From Deltaproteobacteria bacterium (GTDB lineage Bacteria; Bdellovibrionota_B; Oligoflexia; Oligoflexales; Bog-1112): a DNA stretch of 26,347 nucleotides. Both the position numbers and the translations under genes were made by a program. The DNA lies in NCBI GenBank assembly GCA_023250635.1, contig JAHFAI010000037.1, forward strand, positions 1 through 26,347, read 5' to 3'. The notes beneath the pieces were generated by a model. That model made no database searches, was not told the DNA's origin, and saw only the letters and a list, made by a program, of their open reading frames with translations. Below are positions 8,377-16,628 of the stretch, one piece after another. Numbering within the stretch: the stretch's first letter is position 1; each line of letters starts with the position of its first letter.

Positions 8377-9054
8377 ATGATGGGATCAATTATTGAACAG
8401 GCATCCAGTTATGCCGCTGAAATCGACCAGGTAATTTTGGTGGTTGCGGTGCTCGGTGGCTTTTGGTTGCTGCTCACCGAAGGGGTGTTATTTTATTTTT
8501 TATTTCGTTACCGACGTAAACGCAGTCCTCGCGCTAAATATATGAGCGGGGAAAGCCATGGAGAAAAAGCCTGGATTCACTGGCCCCATAACCTCGTCAT
8601 TGTCTGCGATATGGTTATTATCGCCTTTGCCATGTCGGCTTGGTATAACATTAAGCAGGATCTTCCCCCTGCTGATGCGACGATTCGCATCGTTGGCCAG
8701 CAGTGGGCCTGGCGCTTCACCCATCCGGGCTCGGCCGGTGAGCTGGGCAGCAGTGAAGATGTGGAGATTGTCGATGAGCTCCATCTGCAAGTGAACAAGA
8801 CCTACCATTTCAAACTTGAGTCGAGCGATGTGCTCCATAGTTTTTCGGTGCCGGTTTTTCGCTTAAAGCAAGATGCCATTCCTGGTCGGATTATTACCGG
8901 CTGGTTTAAGCCTACCAAAGAGGGAGCCTTCGATATTCAGTGCGCCGAAATTTGCGGTATTGGCCACGGCGCCATGGTGGCTAAGTTAATCGTACAAAAC
9001 GAAGATGACTATGCCCAATGGATAGCGGCTGAGCGTCTTCGCACTAAGGGATAA
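8377..9054 (+). CDS. coxB: cytochrome c oxidase subunit II (CuA-containing)
   Basis: Two N-terminal TM helices. Cupredoxin domain with a complete CuA ligand set 'H...CAEICGIGHGAM'. 'WAWRF' motif. Confidence 0.92.
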   Translation: MMGSIIEQASSYAAEIDQVILVVAVLGGFWLLLTEGVLFYFLFRYRRKRSPRAKYMSGESHGEKAWIHWPHNLVIVCDMVIIAFAMSAWYNIKQDLPPADATIRIVGQQWAWRFTHPGSAGELGSSEDVEIVDELHLQVNKTYHFKLESSDVLHSFSVPVFRLKQDAIPGRIITGWFKPTKEGAFDIQCAEICGIGHGAMVAKLIVQNEDDYAQWIAAERLRTKG

Positions 9055-9060
9055 TTGTTC

Positions 9061-10752
9061 ATGGGAACTGTGCATCACTCTCCTGCTTCTCAATCGCGTT
9101 TAGCCTCTATTTGGCACCGCTATTTGTTCTCTACCGATCACAAAGTTATCGGTATGCAGTATTTGTTTACGGGCATGGCCATGGCCATAATTGGCGGTTT
9201 TTTTGCCTACGTCTTCCGTATGCAGCTCGCGTTTCCGGGTAAAGAGGTACTGGGCTACGGATTGGTTAACGCCAATAATTATAATATGCTGATCACCAAT
9301 CACGGGGCGATTATGATTTTTTGGGTGGCGATGCCGGTGTTGATCGCCGCCTTTGGGAATTATCTTATTCCCCTGATGGCAGGTTGCGATGATATGGTCT
9401 TTCCCCGCATTAATCGTCTTTCCTACCAGATTTTCCTGCTGAGTGTCTTGGTGCTGATTGCTTCGTTTTTTGTGGCCGGTGGTGGTTTTGGCGGGGCCTG
9501 GACCTCCTATCCGCCGCTTTCGGCCAACCCCGCGTATAACCTGACGCCGAACGGTGCCTCCCTCTGGTTGCTGGCAGTGGCCCTGGAATTTGTGGCCTTT
9601 TTGCTCGGTGGTATAAACTTTATTACCACCTTGATGAATTCCCGGGCTCCGGGCATGCGCATGTACGATATTCCCATCGTCTTGTGGATGATCGTGATTG
9701 CCAGTGTTTTGTTTATGGGGTCGGTGGGTCCCTTGATCGCCGGTGCGGTGATGCTGCTCTTTGATCAGACGCTGGCCATTGGTTTTTTTGATCCTTCCAA
9801 GGGGGGGGATCCGGTTCTCTGGCAGCATTTATTCTGGTTTTTCGGTCATCCGGAAGTTTACGTGGTGCTCTTGCCAGCTATGGGGATCACCGCAGAAATA
9901 ATCACGGTGTTTTCTCGCAAAAAACTTTTTGCCTATAAGACGGTGCTGTTTACCACCATTGCCGTCGGCGTGCTCAGTTTTTTCGTCTGGGCTCATCATC
10001 AGTTTATTTCTGGTATCGATCCACGCATGGCTAATATTTTTACCATAACCACGGTGATTATTTCGGTGCCGATTACCGAGATGATGTTTGTGTATATTGC
10101 CACCCTCTATGGTGGTTCCATTCAGTTTACCACCCCGATGCTCTTTGCCCTGGCTTTTTTGGCAGAATTTTTGATAGGTGGGGTTACCGGCATTTTTCTT
10201 GGGGCCAGCAGTGCGGATATTTACTTCCATGACACCTACTTTGTTTTAGCTCATTTTCACTATACCTTTGTGCCCATCGCGATTATTGCGGTTTTTGCAG
10301 GGCTTTATTATTGGTTCCCCAAAATGTTTGGGCGGATGATGAACGATAAGCTTGGGCATGTACATTTTTGGGGGACGATCATCCCCTTTAACTGTATTTT
10401 TATCCCACTTTTTTATCTCGGGGCTGCGGGTGATCATCGCCGGATCTATAACTACGAGAATTTTCCGGATCTAATGCGTGGACATATGCAAGATTTACGC
10501 ATTGTGGCGACGATTTCTTTGCTGGTGATGCTCGCCTTTCAAGGGGTGTTTCTCTATAATTTTTTCTCCAGCATGTTTCGCGGCAAAAAAGCCGGAAAAA
10601 ACCCCTGGCAGGCCAATACTCTGGAGTGGGTAGCGGAATCGCCGCCTCCCCACGGTAATTTCCCGACGCTGCCTGTGGTGTATCGTCCGCCGTACGAGTA
10701 TAGCGTTCCCGGCAGAAGCAGCGATTTTTGGCCGCAGAATGAAAAAGCATAG
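9061..10752 (+). CDS. coxA: cytochrome c oxidase subunit I (haem-copper oxidase catalytic subunit)
   Basis: 'GGDPVLWQHLFWFFGHPEVYV', 12 TM helices and conserved His ligands. The ATG at 9061 has an AAGGGA SD; the ORF track's TTG at 9055 abuts the coxB stop. Confidence 0.95.
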   Translation: MGTVHHSPASQSRLASIWHRYLFSTDHKVIGMQYLFTGMAMAIIGGFFAYVFRMQLAFPGKEVLGYGLVNANNYNMLITNHGAIMIFWVAMPVLIAAFGNYLIPLMAGCDDMVFPRINRLSYQIFLLSVLVLIASFFVAGGGFGGAWTSYPPLSANPAYNLTPNGASLWLLAVALEFVAFLLGGINFITTLMNSRAPGMRMYDIPIVLWMIVIASVLFMGSVGPLIAGAVMLLFDQTLAIGFFDPSKGGDPVLWQHLFWFFGHPEVYVVLLPAMGITAEIITVFSRKKLFAYKTVLFTTIAVGVLSFFVWAHHQFISGIDPRMANIFTITTVIISVPITEMMFVYIATLYGGSIQFTTPMLFALAFLAEFLIGGVTGIFLGASSADIYFHDTYFVLAHFHYTFVPIAIIAVFAGLYYWFPKMFGRMMNDKLGHVHFWGTIIPFNCIFIPLFYLGAAGDHRRIYNYENFPDLMRGHMQDLRIVATISLLVMLAFQGVFLYNFFSSMFRGKKAGKNPWQANTLEWVAESPPPHGNFPTLPVVYRPPYEYSVPGRSSDFWPQNEKA

Positions 10753-10789
10753 GTGTAGTGGATAGCTTATTTTATCGAGGGGGCTAAGC

Positions 10790-11368
10790 GTGGGACATGG
10801 ACAACCAATTGCAACGACGCGCTGTGCGTCGGGAGTCGCCACCGGCAAATTAGCGGTGTGGTGGGTGCTCGGGTCGGAAATTGTTATTTTTGGTGGGCTC
10901 CTGGCATGCTACATCCTCTATCGCTTGTTTCATGATCAGTGGAGCGTTGAAGCCGCCCATACCAACACCCTCTGTGGGGCAATCAATACCTTTGTGCTGC
11001 TGACTTCGAGTTTATTTATCGTCCTCGCGCATAAAGCGGCCGAAGAGGGGGCCCATCTTAAAGCAGTCAAATTTATTTATCTGACCATCGCCGGGGCTGG
11101 GTGTTTTTTGGTCATTAAAGCCTATGAATGGAGCGGCGAAATAACCCATGGGTTCACGATCACGAAGAGCTTGTTCTGGTCTTTTTATTACACTGCTGCT
11201 GGTTTGCATGCCCTCCACGTGATTGGTGGGGCGGTGATTATGGCGATTATCGCCCAGGATGTGAAGAAAAAGCGTCATATGCATCGGGTCGAGCTTATTG
11301 GGCTCTATTGGCATTTTGTCGATATTGTTTGGATCTTTCTCTTCCCACTCCTTTATATTGCCAAGTGA
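10790..11368 (+). CDS. coxC: cytochrome c oxidase subunit III (short 5-TM form), GTG start
   Basis: 'YEW', 'HALHVIGG' and 'YWHFVDIVW' subunit-III motifs. GAGGGGG SD 7 nt upstream. Confidence 0.9.
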   Translation: MGHGQPIATTRCASGVATGKLAVWWVLGSEIVIFGGLLACYILYRLFHDQWSVEAAHTNTLCGAINTFVLLTSSLFIVLAHKAAEEGAHLKAVKFIYLTIAGAGCFLVIKAYEWSGEITHGFTITKSLFWSFYYTAAGLHALHVIGGAVIMAIIAQDVKKKRHMHRVELIGLYWHFVDIVWIFLFPLLYIAK

Positions 11369-11380
11369 GGTACGCAGACG

Positions 11381-11713
11381 ATGAGCAGTGATGTTGCTAG
11401 TTCTCATTATATAAAAATTTGGGGCATACTCCTCGGGCTACTGCTGGTGAGTATTTGTGGTCCGATGCTCGAAATCAAATGGATCACCCTGCTGACCGCC
11501 TTTGGTATAGCGGTGATTAAGGCGCTCTTGGTGGCCAAGCATTTTATGCATTTATCCATCGAGCGGCGCTTTGTTACCTATATGCTGCTGGCCATGCTGC
11601 TGTTGATATTTATGTTCTTCTTTGGTATAGCGGTGGATATTATGATGCCGCGAGGCCACAACTGGGAAAAAATTCATCTGGATGTTCCGGCTTCAATTTC
11701 TCCTCACCATTGA
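11381..11713 (+). CDS. prokaryotic cytochrome c oxidase subunit IV (COX4_pro/CtaF-like)
   Basis: 110 aa, 3 TM. 'SHYIKIWGILLGLLLVS...LTAFGIAVIKALLVAKHFMHL' pattern typical of the aa3/caa3 small subunit IV. Confidence 0.8.
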   Translation: MSSDVASSHYIKIWGILLGLLLVSICGPMLEIKWITLLTAFGIAVIKALLVAKHFMHLSIERRFVTYMLLAMLLLIFMFFFGIAVDIMMPRGHNWEKIHLDVPASISPHH

Positions 11714-11722
11714 GACTCGTCG

Positions 11723-12295
11723 ATGAATACTTTGTCCCCGCCCATTCGCTCCAAGTTGATCCCTGATCAGCTCTTTGGCATGTTGATTTTTGTCTTTACC
11801 GAAGTCATGTTTTTTACCGCCCTGGTCAGTGCTTTTGTGGTGATCAAGGGAAGTCGTGCCAACTGGGAAATTCCTGCGGGAGTGACTCTGCCGGTGATCT
11901 TGACCGCCTATAACACCGGGGTCTTGCTGCTCAGCGGTATCATGCTCTGGTTGGTGGGACGGGCTATTCGTGCGGGTAAAAGCCTGGGAGAAATTCGTTC
12001 GTTTCTTAGTTATGGGATTATGTTCGGCACTTTTTTTGTCGCTGTGCAGGGGTATGAATGGACCCAGTTGCTGGGCTATGGCTTGACCATGGGGTCGAGT
12101 ATTTTTGGTGCCTGTTTCTTTTTGCTGATCGGTAGTCACGCCCTGCATGCCCTTGCGGGTATTGGGCTGATGCTCTATCTCTATGTACGCTTGGGGCGTA
12201 CCCTTGCGCTGGGTGATTGCCAGGCGGTGCAGGTTTTTTGGTTCTTCGTGGTGGGGGTCTGGCCATTTTTATATGCCCTCCTCTATTTCCCGTAA
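11723..12295 (+). CDS. second haem-copper oxidase subunit-III-family protein (paralogue, CoxP-like)
   Basis: 190 aa, 5 TM. 'GYEWTQ' and 'HALHALAG' align with subunit III motifs. Follows subunit IV in the same operon. Confidence 0.75.
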   Translation: MNTLSPPIRSKLIPDQLFGMLIFVFTEVMFFTALVSAFVVIKGSRANWEIPAGVTLPVILTAYNTGVLLLSGIMLWLVGRAIRAGKSLGEIRSFLSYGIMFGTFFVAVQGYEWTQLLGYGLTMGSSIFGACFFLLIGSHALHALAGIGLMLYLYVRLGRTLALGDCQAVQVFWFFVVGVWPFLYALLYFP

Positions 12296-12298
12296 CTA

Positions 12299-12450
12299 GT
12301 CGCTGGCGCGAAATAGCATATTTCGTGCCGCGACGTGTCCTGAGGAGCAAAGCGACGAAGGATCTGTCACGTGATATCCGGATGTTATGTGAAAGATCCT
12401 TCCTCACTGCGTTCGTCAGGACACGGCGCTGGCGCTTTCGCGCCAGCGCC
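12299..12450. repeat. nested imperfect palindromes: an 86-nt imperfect inverted repeat (12337-12422, centre ATCCGGAT) flanked by complementary GC-rich arms (12301-12313 / 12436-12448), and a local 11-bp GC stem hairpin (12425-12450)
   Basis: Read directly from the sequence. 'ggcgctggcgc tttc gcgccagcgcc' is a perfect 11-bp stem. 'cgctggcgcgaaa' pairs with 'tttcgcgccagcg'. Confidence 0.7.
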
Positions 12451-12453
12451 TAA

Positions 12454-12571
12454 CTACTCAAGGCTTGGTGCAGTTTTGCTGCGTGCTTCGTTGCTGCGCA
12501 TGCTCACGGCCAGACGGCCGCTCCGCTGCTCGCACCTCCCACGCAGCAAAACTGCACCAAGCCTTGAGTAG
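12454..12571. repeat. perfect 32-bp inverted repeat (12454-12485 / 12540-12571) separated by a 54-nt spacer. Candidate intra-operon RNA structure or MITE/REP-like element
   Basis: 'ctactcaaggcttggtgcagttttgctgcgtg' versus 'cacgcagcaaaactgcaccaagccttgagtag', 32/32 complementary. Followed by TTGCTTG direct repeats at 12571-12590. Confidence 0.8.
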
Positions 12572-12627
12572 TTGCTTGCACCTTGCTTGTGCCTCGCCTT
12601 GGGTAGTTCTTTGTTAGGAGGTTCGCT

Positions 12628-12840
12628 ATGCTCAGGATAATTGTGGTGCTTAGTGCTTGGGTTTTTTCCCCTGCTCTTTTTGCCTGTGCGGTGTGTGGCA
12701 CTGGACAGGACGCTTCGAGCGGGGTATTTATGCGCTCGACGATCTTGTTGAGCGCCATGCCCTTACTGATGCTCGCCGGAGTGGTGGGCTATCTCAAAAA
12801 CCAAGCATATAAGCAAAAACACCATGGACATGAAGAATAA
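12628..12840 (+). CDS. small 2-TM membrane protein with a CxxC motif and a C-terminal HHGHEE tail. Putative copper-handling partner of SCO1
   Basis: AGGAGG SD 6 nt upstream of the ATG. 'MLRIIVVLSAWVFSPALFACAVCGTGQ...' then a second helix and 'KQKHHGHEE'. The stop overlaps the SCO1 start by 17 nt, suggesting translational coupling. Confidence 0.55.
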   Translation: MLRIIVVLSAWVFSPALFACAVCGTGQDASSGVFMRSTILLSAMPLLMLAGVVGYLKNQAYKQKHHGHEE

Positions 12841-13462
12841 ATATTCCAAAGTAATCATCGGAGTTGCTCTCGTTGCTGGTGCACTGGCAGCGATGAAATT
12901 AGCCGAAAAATCGGCTCGGAAGCAACACGATGCATCGCTTCAGGCCTTGGCAAGTGTTGAAGCACCAGCCTCTACGGAATTGGTGGGAGCAGAAATTTCG
13001 CCTTTTAGCATGCTGGCTGAAGATGAGCAGCGCCTCGACAGCAAAGACCTAGAGGATAAGGTGTGGTTGGCGAGTTTTTTATTTACCAGCTGTGAGAGTA
13101 TGTGTCCGCTGATAGCGAAGAAACTTCAGGGGATCCAGGAGGCTTTTCACGAGCACCCAGGGTTTCGTCTGCTGAGTTTTTCTCTCGATCCGGTAAACGA
13201 TACGCCTTTACGCCTCAAAGCTTACGCCAAAAAATACCAGGCTGATCCGCGTCAGTGGCGTTTCCTCACCGGTGGTTGGACCGAGATCAAAGAGCTCATG
13301 ATCAAGGGATTTCGCGTGGTCGCTCCCGATCAACCCGCTTCTCATACCGATCGCTTGGTCTTAGTCGATCGCCATATGAAGATCTTTGCTTACTACGCCG
13401 CCAATGATCCTGCTGATAGCGAACGCTTAACGAAGGATATTAAAAAGCTTCTGAAGCTGTAA
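12824..13462 (+). CDS. SCO1/SenC-family copper chaperone (CuA assembly), N-terminal membrane anchor
   Basis: Thioredoxin-fold 'CESMCP' CxxxCP motif. Downstream conserved His ('SHTDRLVLVD'). TM anchor 'VIIGVALVAGALAAM'. Confidence 0.9.
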   Translation: MDMKNKYSKVIIGVALVAGALAAMKLAEKSARKQHDASLQALASVEAPASTELVGAEISPFSMLAEDEQRLDSKDLEDKVWLASFLFTSCESMCPLIAKKLQGIQEAFHEHPGFRLLSFSLDPVNDTPLRLKAYAKKYQADPRQWRFLTGGWTEIKELMIKGFRVVAPDQPASHTDRLVLVDRHMKIFAYYAANDPADSERLTKDIKKLLKL

Positions 13463-13491
13463 CGCTAAAGATTTTCTGGATGACGAAAGGC

Positions 13492-14934
13492 TTAATACTC
13501 TGCGGCGAGGGCGATTTTATTAGCAGCGAGAATTGTTAACCCTAAGACCTGTCCGCGGATTTCCTGATCTGAGCGAATGCGCACTAGACGGTAGTGCTCG
13601 GTGCGTCCGTAGAAGTAGAGGGGGTTTTTGCGACTGCGATAGTGGACGAGAACCTGGCGAATTTTGCCAACCTCTGCTTGATTTTCCTCGAGGGTAATCT
13701 GGTCTTGGAGGAGATTAAGGCGCCGCAAACGCTCTTGTTTGATCGCTTCAGGCACCTGCTCCTTAAAACGAATAGCCGCGGTACCCTTACGTGGTGAATA
13801 GGTAAAGGCAAAGACAAAGCTATAGCGAACCTCTGCCAGAATCGACAGGGTGTCCGCAAAATCCTCGTCGCTCTCCCCGGGAAAACCCACGATTAAATCA
13901 GTGGAAAGTGCCATGTCAGGAACTGCTTGGCGGAGCCACGAAATTTTGCTGAGGTAGTCAGCTCGGGTTACCTTGCGCTTCATCGCCTGCAAGATGCGAT
14001 CACTCCCACTTTGCAGGGGAAGATGATAATGTTTTCCCAGCTTCGCTTCCGTAGCAAAAAGAGCTGCTAATTCTGCAGTCATATCGTGGGGATTCGAAGT
14101 CGTAAAACGCAAACTCTCTAAACCAGGCAGGGTGACGAGATCTTTTAAGAGCGCAACAAAGGGCTGCTCTTCAGGGGCAGCAAGAAGCTCCTCACCAGCA
14201 GGGGAGGATGCAGCCAGCAAATCATGGCCGTAGCTGTTGACGTTTTGGCCGAGGAGGGTGATTTCCTTAACCCCCTGGGCGAGCATGGCAGCTACTTCAG
14301 CGCGAATTGTGCGAGGACGTAGGGAAATCTCACTGCCGCGAGTAAAGGGGACCACACAAAAGGTACAAAAATTGTTACAGCCCTGCTGAATGGTAACAAA
14401 ACGTGCCACCGGGTTTTTGCCTTCGAGGGACGGTGGTGGCTCGAGGGCACTTTTTTGGCAGGTCTGATCTGCAGGGTCGAGCAGTTCAGCTTTGCTAAAA
14501 CCGATGGCGATAGCTTTTTGCTTCCACTGTTTGTGGTTAGCTACGAGAGCAGGAAGCTCAGCTATTTTGCCGGGACCAACGATAATATCGATGGCATGGG
14601 AGGCAAGGAGACTTTTACCTTCCGCTTGGGCAACGCAGCCGGTAACTGCAATGGTGAGATCTTTATTGGTATGACGCAACTCTTGCAGACGGCCGAGGCG
14701 ACTGACCACCTTGTGTCGGGCTTTTTCGCGAATATGGCAGGTATTAAGAATAATCAAGTCGGCTTCTTCGGGGACGAGGGTCGCCTGATAGTTATCTGTG
14801 GCGAGTAAAGCAAGCATGCGTTCGCTATCCGCCACATTCATTTGGCAGCCCCAGGTTTCTATGAGTACCCGGCGTAAAGGAGCTTGCTGGTCAGCAACAA
14901 GGGTGCTTGCAGGGGAAATATCGTTCATAAGCAT
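13492..14934 (-). CDS. miaB: tRNA-2-methylthio-N6-dimethylallyladenosine synthase MiaB (radical SAM methylthiotransferase)
   Basis: 'RVLIETWGCQMNVADSERM', radical-SAM 'CNNFCTFCVVP', C-terminal TRAM domain. The longest ORF reaches 15048 (TTG) and would overlap the ffh 3' end by 107 nt. The ATG at 14934, 7 nt after the ffh stop, is preferred but not certain. Confidence 0.9.
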   Translation of the reverse strand: MLMNDISPASTLVADQQAPLRRVLIETWGCQMNVADSERMLALLATDNYQATLVPEEADLIILNTCHIREKARHKVVSRLGRLQELRHTNKDLTIAVTGCVAQAEGKSLLASHAIDIIVGPGKIAELPALVANHKQWKQKAIAIGFSKAELLDPADQTCQKSALEPPPSLEGKNPVARFVTIQQGCNNFCTFCVVPFTRGSEISLRPRTIRAEVAAMLAQGVKEITLLGQNVNSYGHDLLAASSPAGEELLAAPEEQPFVALLKDLVTLPGLESLRFTTSNPHDMTAELAALFATEAKLGKHYHLPLQSGSDRILQAMKRKVTRADYLSKISWLRQAVPDMALSTDLIVGFPGESDEDFADTLSILAEVRYSFVFAFTYSPRKGTAAIRFKEQVPEAIKQERLRRLNLLQDQITLEENQAEVGKIRQVLVHYRSRKNPLYFYGRTEHYRLVRIRSDQEIRGQVLGLTILAANKIALAAEY

Positions 14935-14941
14935 TTCAAAC

Positions 14942-16522
14942 CTATTTCTTGCGATTTTTTTGGCGATGCTTCTTGGCTGCTTTACGGGCTTTTTTAAGCT
15001 TTTCCCGATCAGGGCGCTTACTACTCGCTGCCGCGTCGCTCGGGCCAAAACCCGGAAATCCCGGGGGCATCATCCCGCCCGCTCCGCCTAAGGCACCGAG
15101 ATCGGGAAAGCCAGCGCCTGCACCATCGCGGGCTGCACCGGCGAGTTTTCGCATCTGGTTCAGTTGGGACAGGCCCTTCATACCGGGGATTTTGCCGAGT
15201 AAGCCTCCCATATTTTTGCCCAGCTTACCCATCATCCCGCGCATATCTTTAAACTTCTTAAGCAGTTCCTGCACCTCTTTTATACTGCGCCCACTGCCCT
15301 TGGCAACCCGTCCGGCTCGACTGAGGTTAATACAATCGGGGTACAGGCGTTCTTTTTCGCTCATGGAGTCGATCATGGCGCGAATTTTTCCCAACTCGCG
15401 ATCATCAACCAGCGCTCCGGGAGGAAGCAGATGCTGCATAGGAAGCTTGGCCATTAGGTCTTTAAGAGAACCCATTTTTTGGATGGTGGCAATCTGCTCG
15501 TAAAAATCCTTAAGGTTGAAATTACCACTTAACAGGCGAAGGGTTTCTTCTTCCTGATCGCCCTTGCTAACCCGCTCAAAATCCTTCATCAGGCCAACAA
15601 TATCGCCCATACCGAGAATTCGGCTGGCAAGCCCCTGGGGACGAAAGACTTCGAGGCGGTCGAGTTCTTCCCCGGTGCCGAGGAATTTAATCGGCGCGCC
15701 GGTTACCTCTTTGATGCTCAGCGCCGCCCCCCCGCGGGCATCACCGTCGAGCTTGGTCATAATAAAACCATCGAGGCTAAGGCGCTGGTGGAAGGCTTTG
15801 GCGGTGGTCACCGCGTCTTGACCCATCATGGCATCACAGACGAGGAAGATCATATCGGGTTTGGCCTGGTCCTTGATGGCCGAAAGTTCGTCCATCAGGG
15901 TTTCATCGATGGTGAGGCGGCCTGCAGTATCGAAGATAATCGTATCGCACTTGAGTTCAATCGCTTGATTTTGAGCTTTTTTACAAATTGCTACGGGATC
16001 GAGTCCGGCTTCGTGGTATACGGGAGAGCCGATTTTTTGACCGAGCACTTGCAGCTGCTGCACGGCTGCAGGTCGATAAATATCTGCGGCGACGAGCAGC
16101 GGTTTGCGCTGGTGTTGGCGCTGCAGGAAGTAGGCAAGTTTACCGACGGTGGTGGTTTTTCCCGTGCCTTGTAAGCCCACCAGCATGATTTTTGCAGGGC
16201 GATTGTGGGGAAAATGAAGCTCGGGATCGCTTGGTCCCATCAGCTGTTCGAGTTCGTCTTGGCAGATCTTAACGAAATGATCGCCAGCATTAACGCGCAG
16301 CTGGCTGTCTCCCCGGCTTGTTCGTAGGCTTACTTCGCTTCCCAGGGCCTTGGCCTTAACCCGAGCCAAGAAATTCTTGCTCACCGTATATTCCACATCG
16401 GCTTCGATTAAGCTTTGGCGAATATCGTTCATGGCGTCGGCAATATTATCAGCGGAGAGGGTGGCTTTGCCGCGGAGTTTTTCGGTGGCTTTTTTGAAGC
16501 CTTGGCTTAAAATATCAAGCAT
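14942..16522 (-). CDS. ffh: signal recognition particle protein Ffh, with a Gly/Met-rich M-domain and a basic C-terminal tail
   Basis: N domain, G domain ('GLQGTGKTTT', 'DTAGR', 'TKLDGDARGG') and M domain. GAAGG SD 6 nt upstream of the ATG. Confidence 0.95.
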   Translation of the reverse strand: MLDILSQGFKKATEKLRGKATLSADNIADAMNDIRQSLIEADVEYTVSKNFLARVKAKALGSEVSLRTSRGDSQLRVNAGDHFVKICQDELEQLMGPSDPELHFPHNRPAKIMLVGLQGTGKTTTVGKLAYFLQRQHQRKPLLVAADIYRPAAVQQLQVLGQKIGSPVYHEAGLDPVAICKKAQNQAIELKCDTIIFDTAGRLTIDETLMDELSAIKDQAKPDMIFLVCDAMMGQDAVTTAKAFHQRLSLDGFIMTKLDGDARGGAALSIKEVTGAPIKFLGTGEELDRLEVFRPQGLASRILGMGDIVGLMKDFERVSKGDQEEETLRLLSGNFNLKDFYEQIATIQKMGSLKDLMAKLPMQHLLPPGALVDDRELGKIRAMIDSMSEKERLYPDCINLSRAGRVAKGSGRSIKEVQELLKKFKDMRGMMGKLGKNMGGLLGKIPGMKGLSQLNQMRKLAGAARDGAGAGFPDLGALGGAGGMMPPGFPGFGPSDAAASSKRPDREKLKKARKAAKKHRQKNRKK

Positions 16523-16580
16523 ATGGAAACCTTCGTCAGTAAATAGAGAGAAACGGCTGAGGCTGCAACTTTGAAGCTGA

Positions 16581-16610
16581 ATTAAAAACAGCTCCCACTA
16601 AAGATGTCAA
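16581..16610 (-). promoter_or_regulatory. ffh promoter on the minus strand: TTGACA-18 nt-TTTAAT
   Basis: Reverse complement of 16605-16610 is TTGACA and of 16581-16586 is TTTAAT, ~55 nt upstream of the ffh ATG. It overlaps the RBS/start region of the divergent DMT gene. Confidence 0.5.
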
Positions 16611-16628
16611 TTCTAAAAGGAAATTACC

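Noticed and set aside
9100-10230. Two long minus-strand ORFs (242 and 133 aa, His/Gly/Lys/Asn-rich) inside coxA
   Set aside because: They are antisense to a conserved 12-TM gene. The low-complexity composition is the expected mirror of hydrophobic codons, and there is no RBS or motif.
12217-12571. ORFs 12217-12453 and 12371-12571 spanning the intergenic repeats
   Set aside because: The open frames are created by the palindromic repeats themselves. The products are low-complexity Arg/Ala-rich with no SD.
13463-13491. Possible bidirectional terminator between the convergent sco1 and miaB genes
   Set aside because: Only 29 nt, with no convincing GC-rich stem or U-tract. Likewise no canonical intrinsic terminator was found at the recJ/lipid-kinase or ALDH/S8 convergent junctions.
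14949-15503. 184-aa Pro/Arg/Ser-rich plus-strand ORF
   Set aside because: Antisense to the Gly/Met-rich M-domain and basic tail of ffh. Composition artefact.
15788-16174. 128-aa plus-strand ORF
   Set aside because: Antisense to the ffh G-domain, with no independent support.
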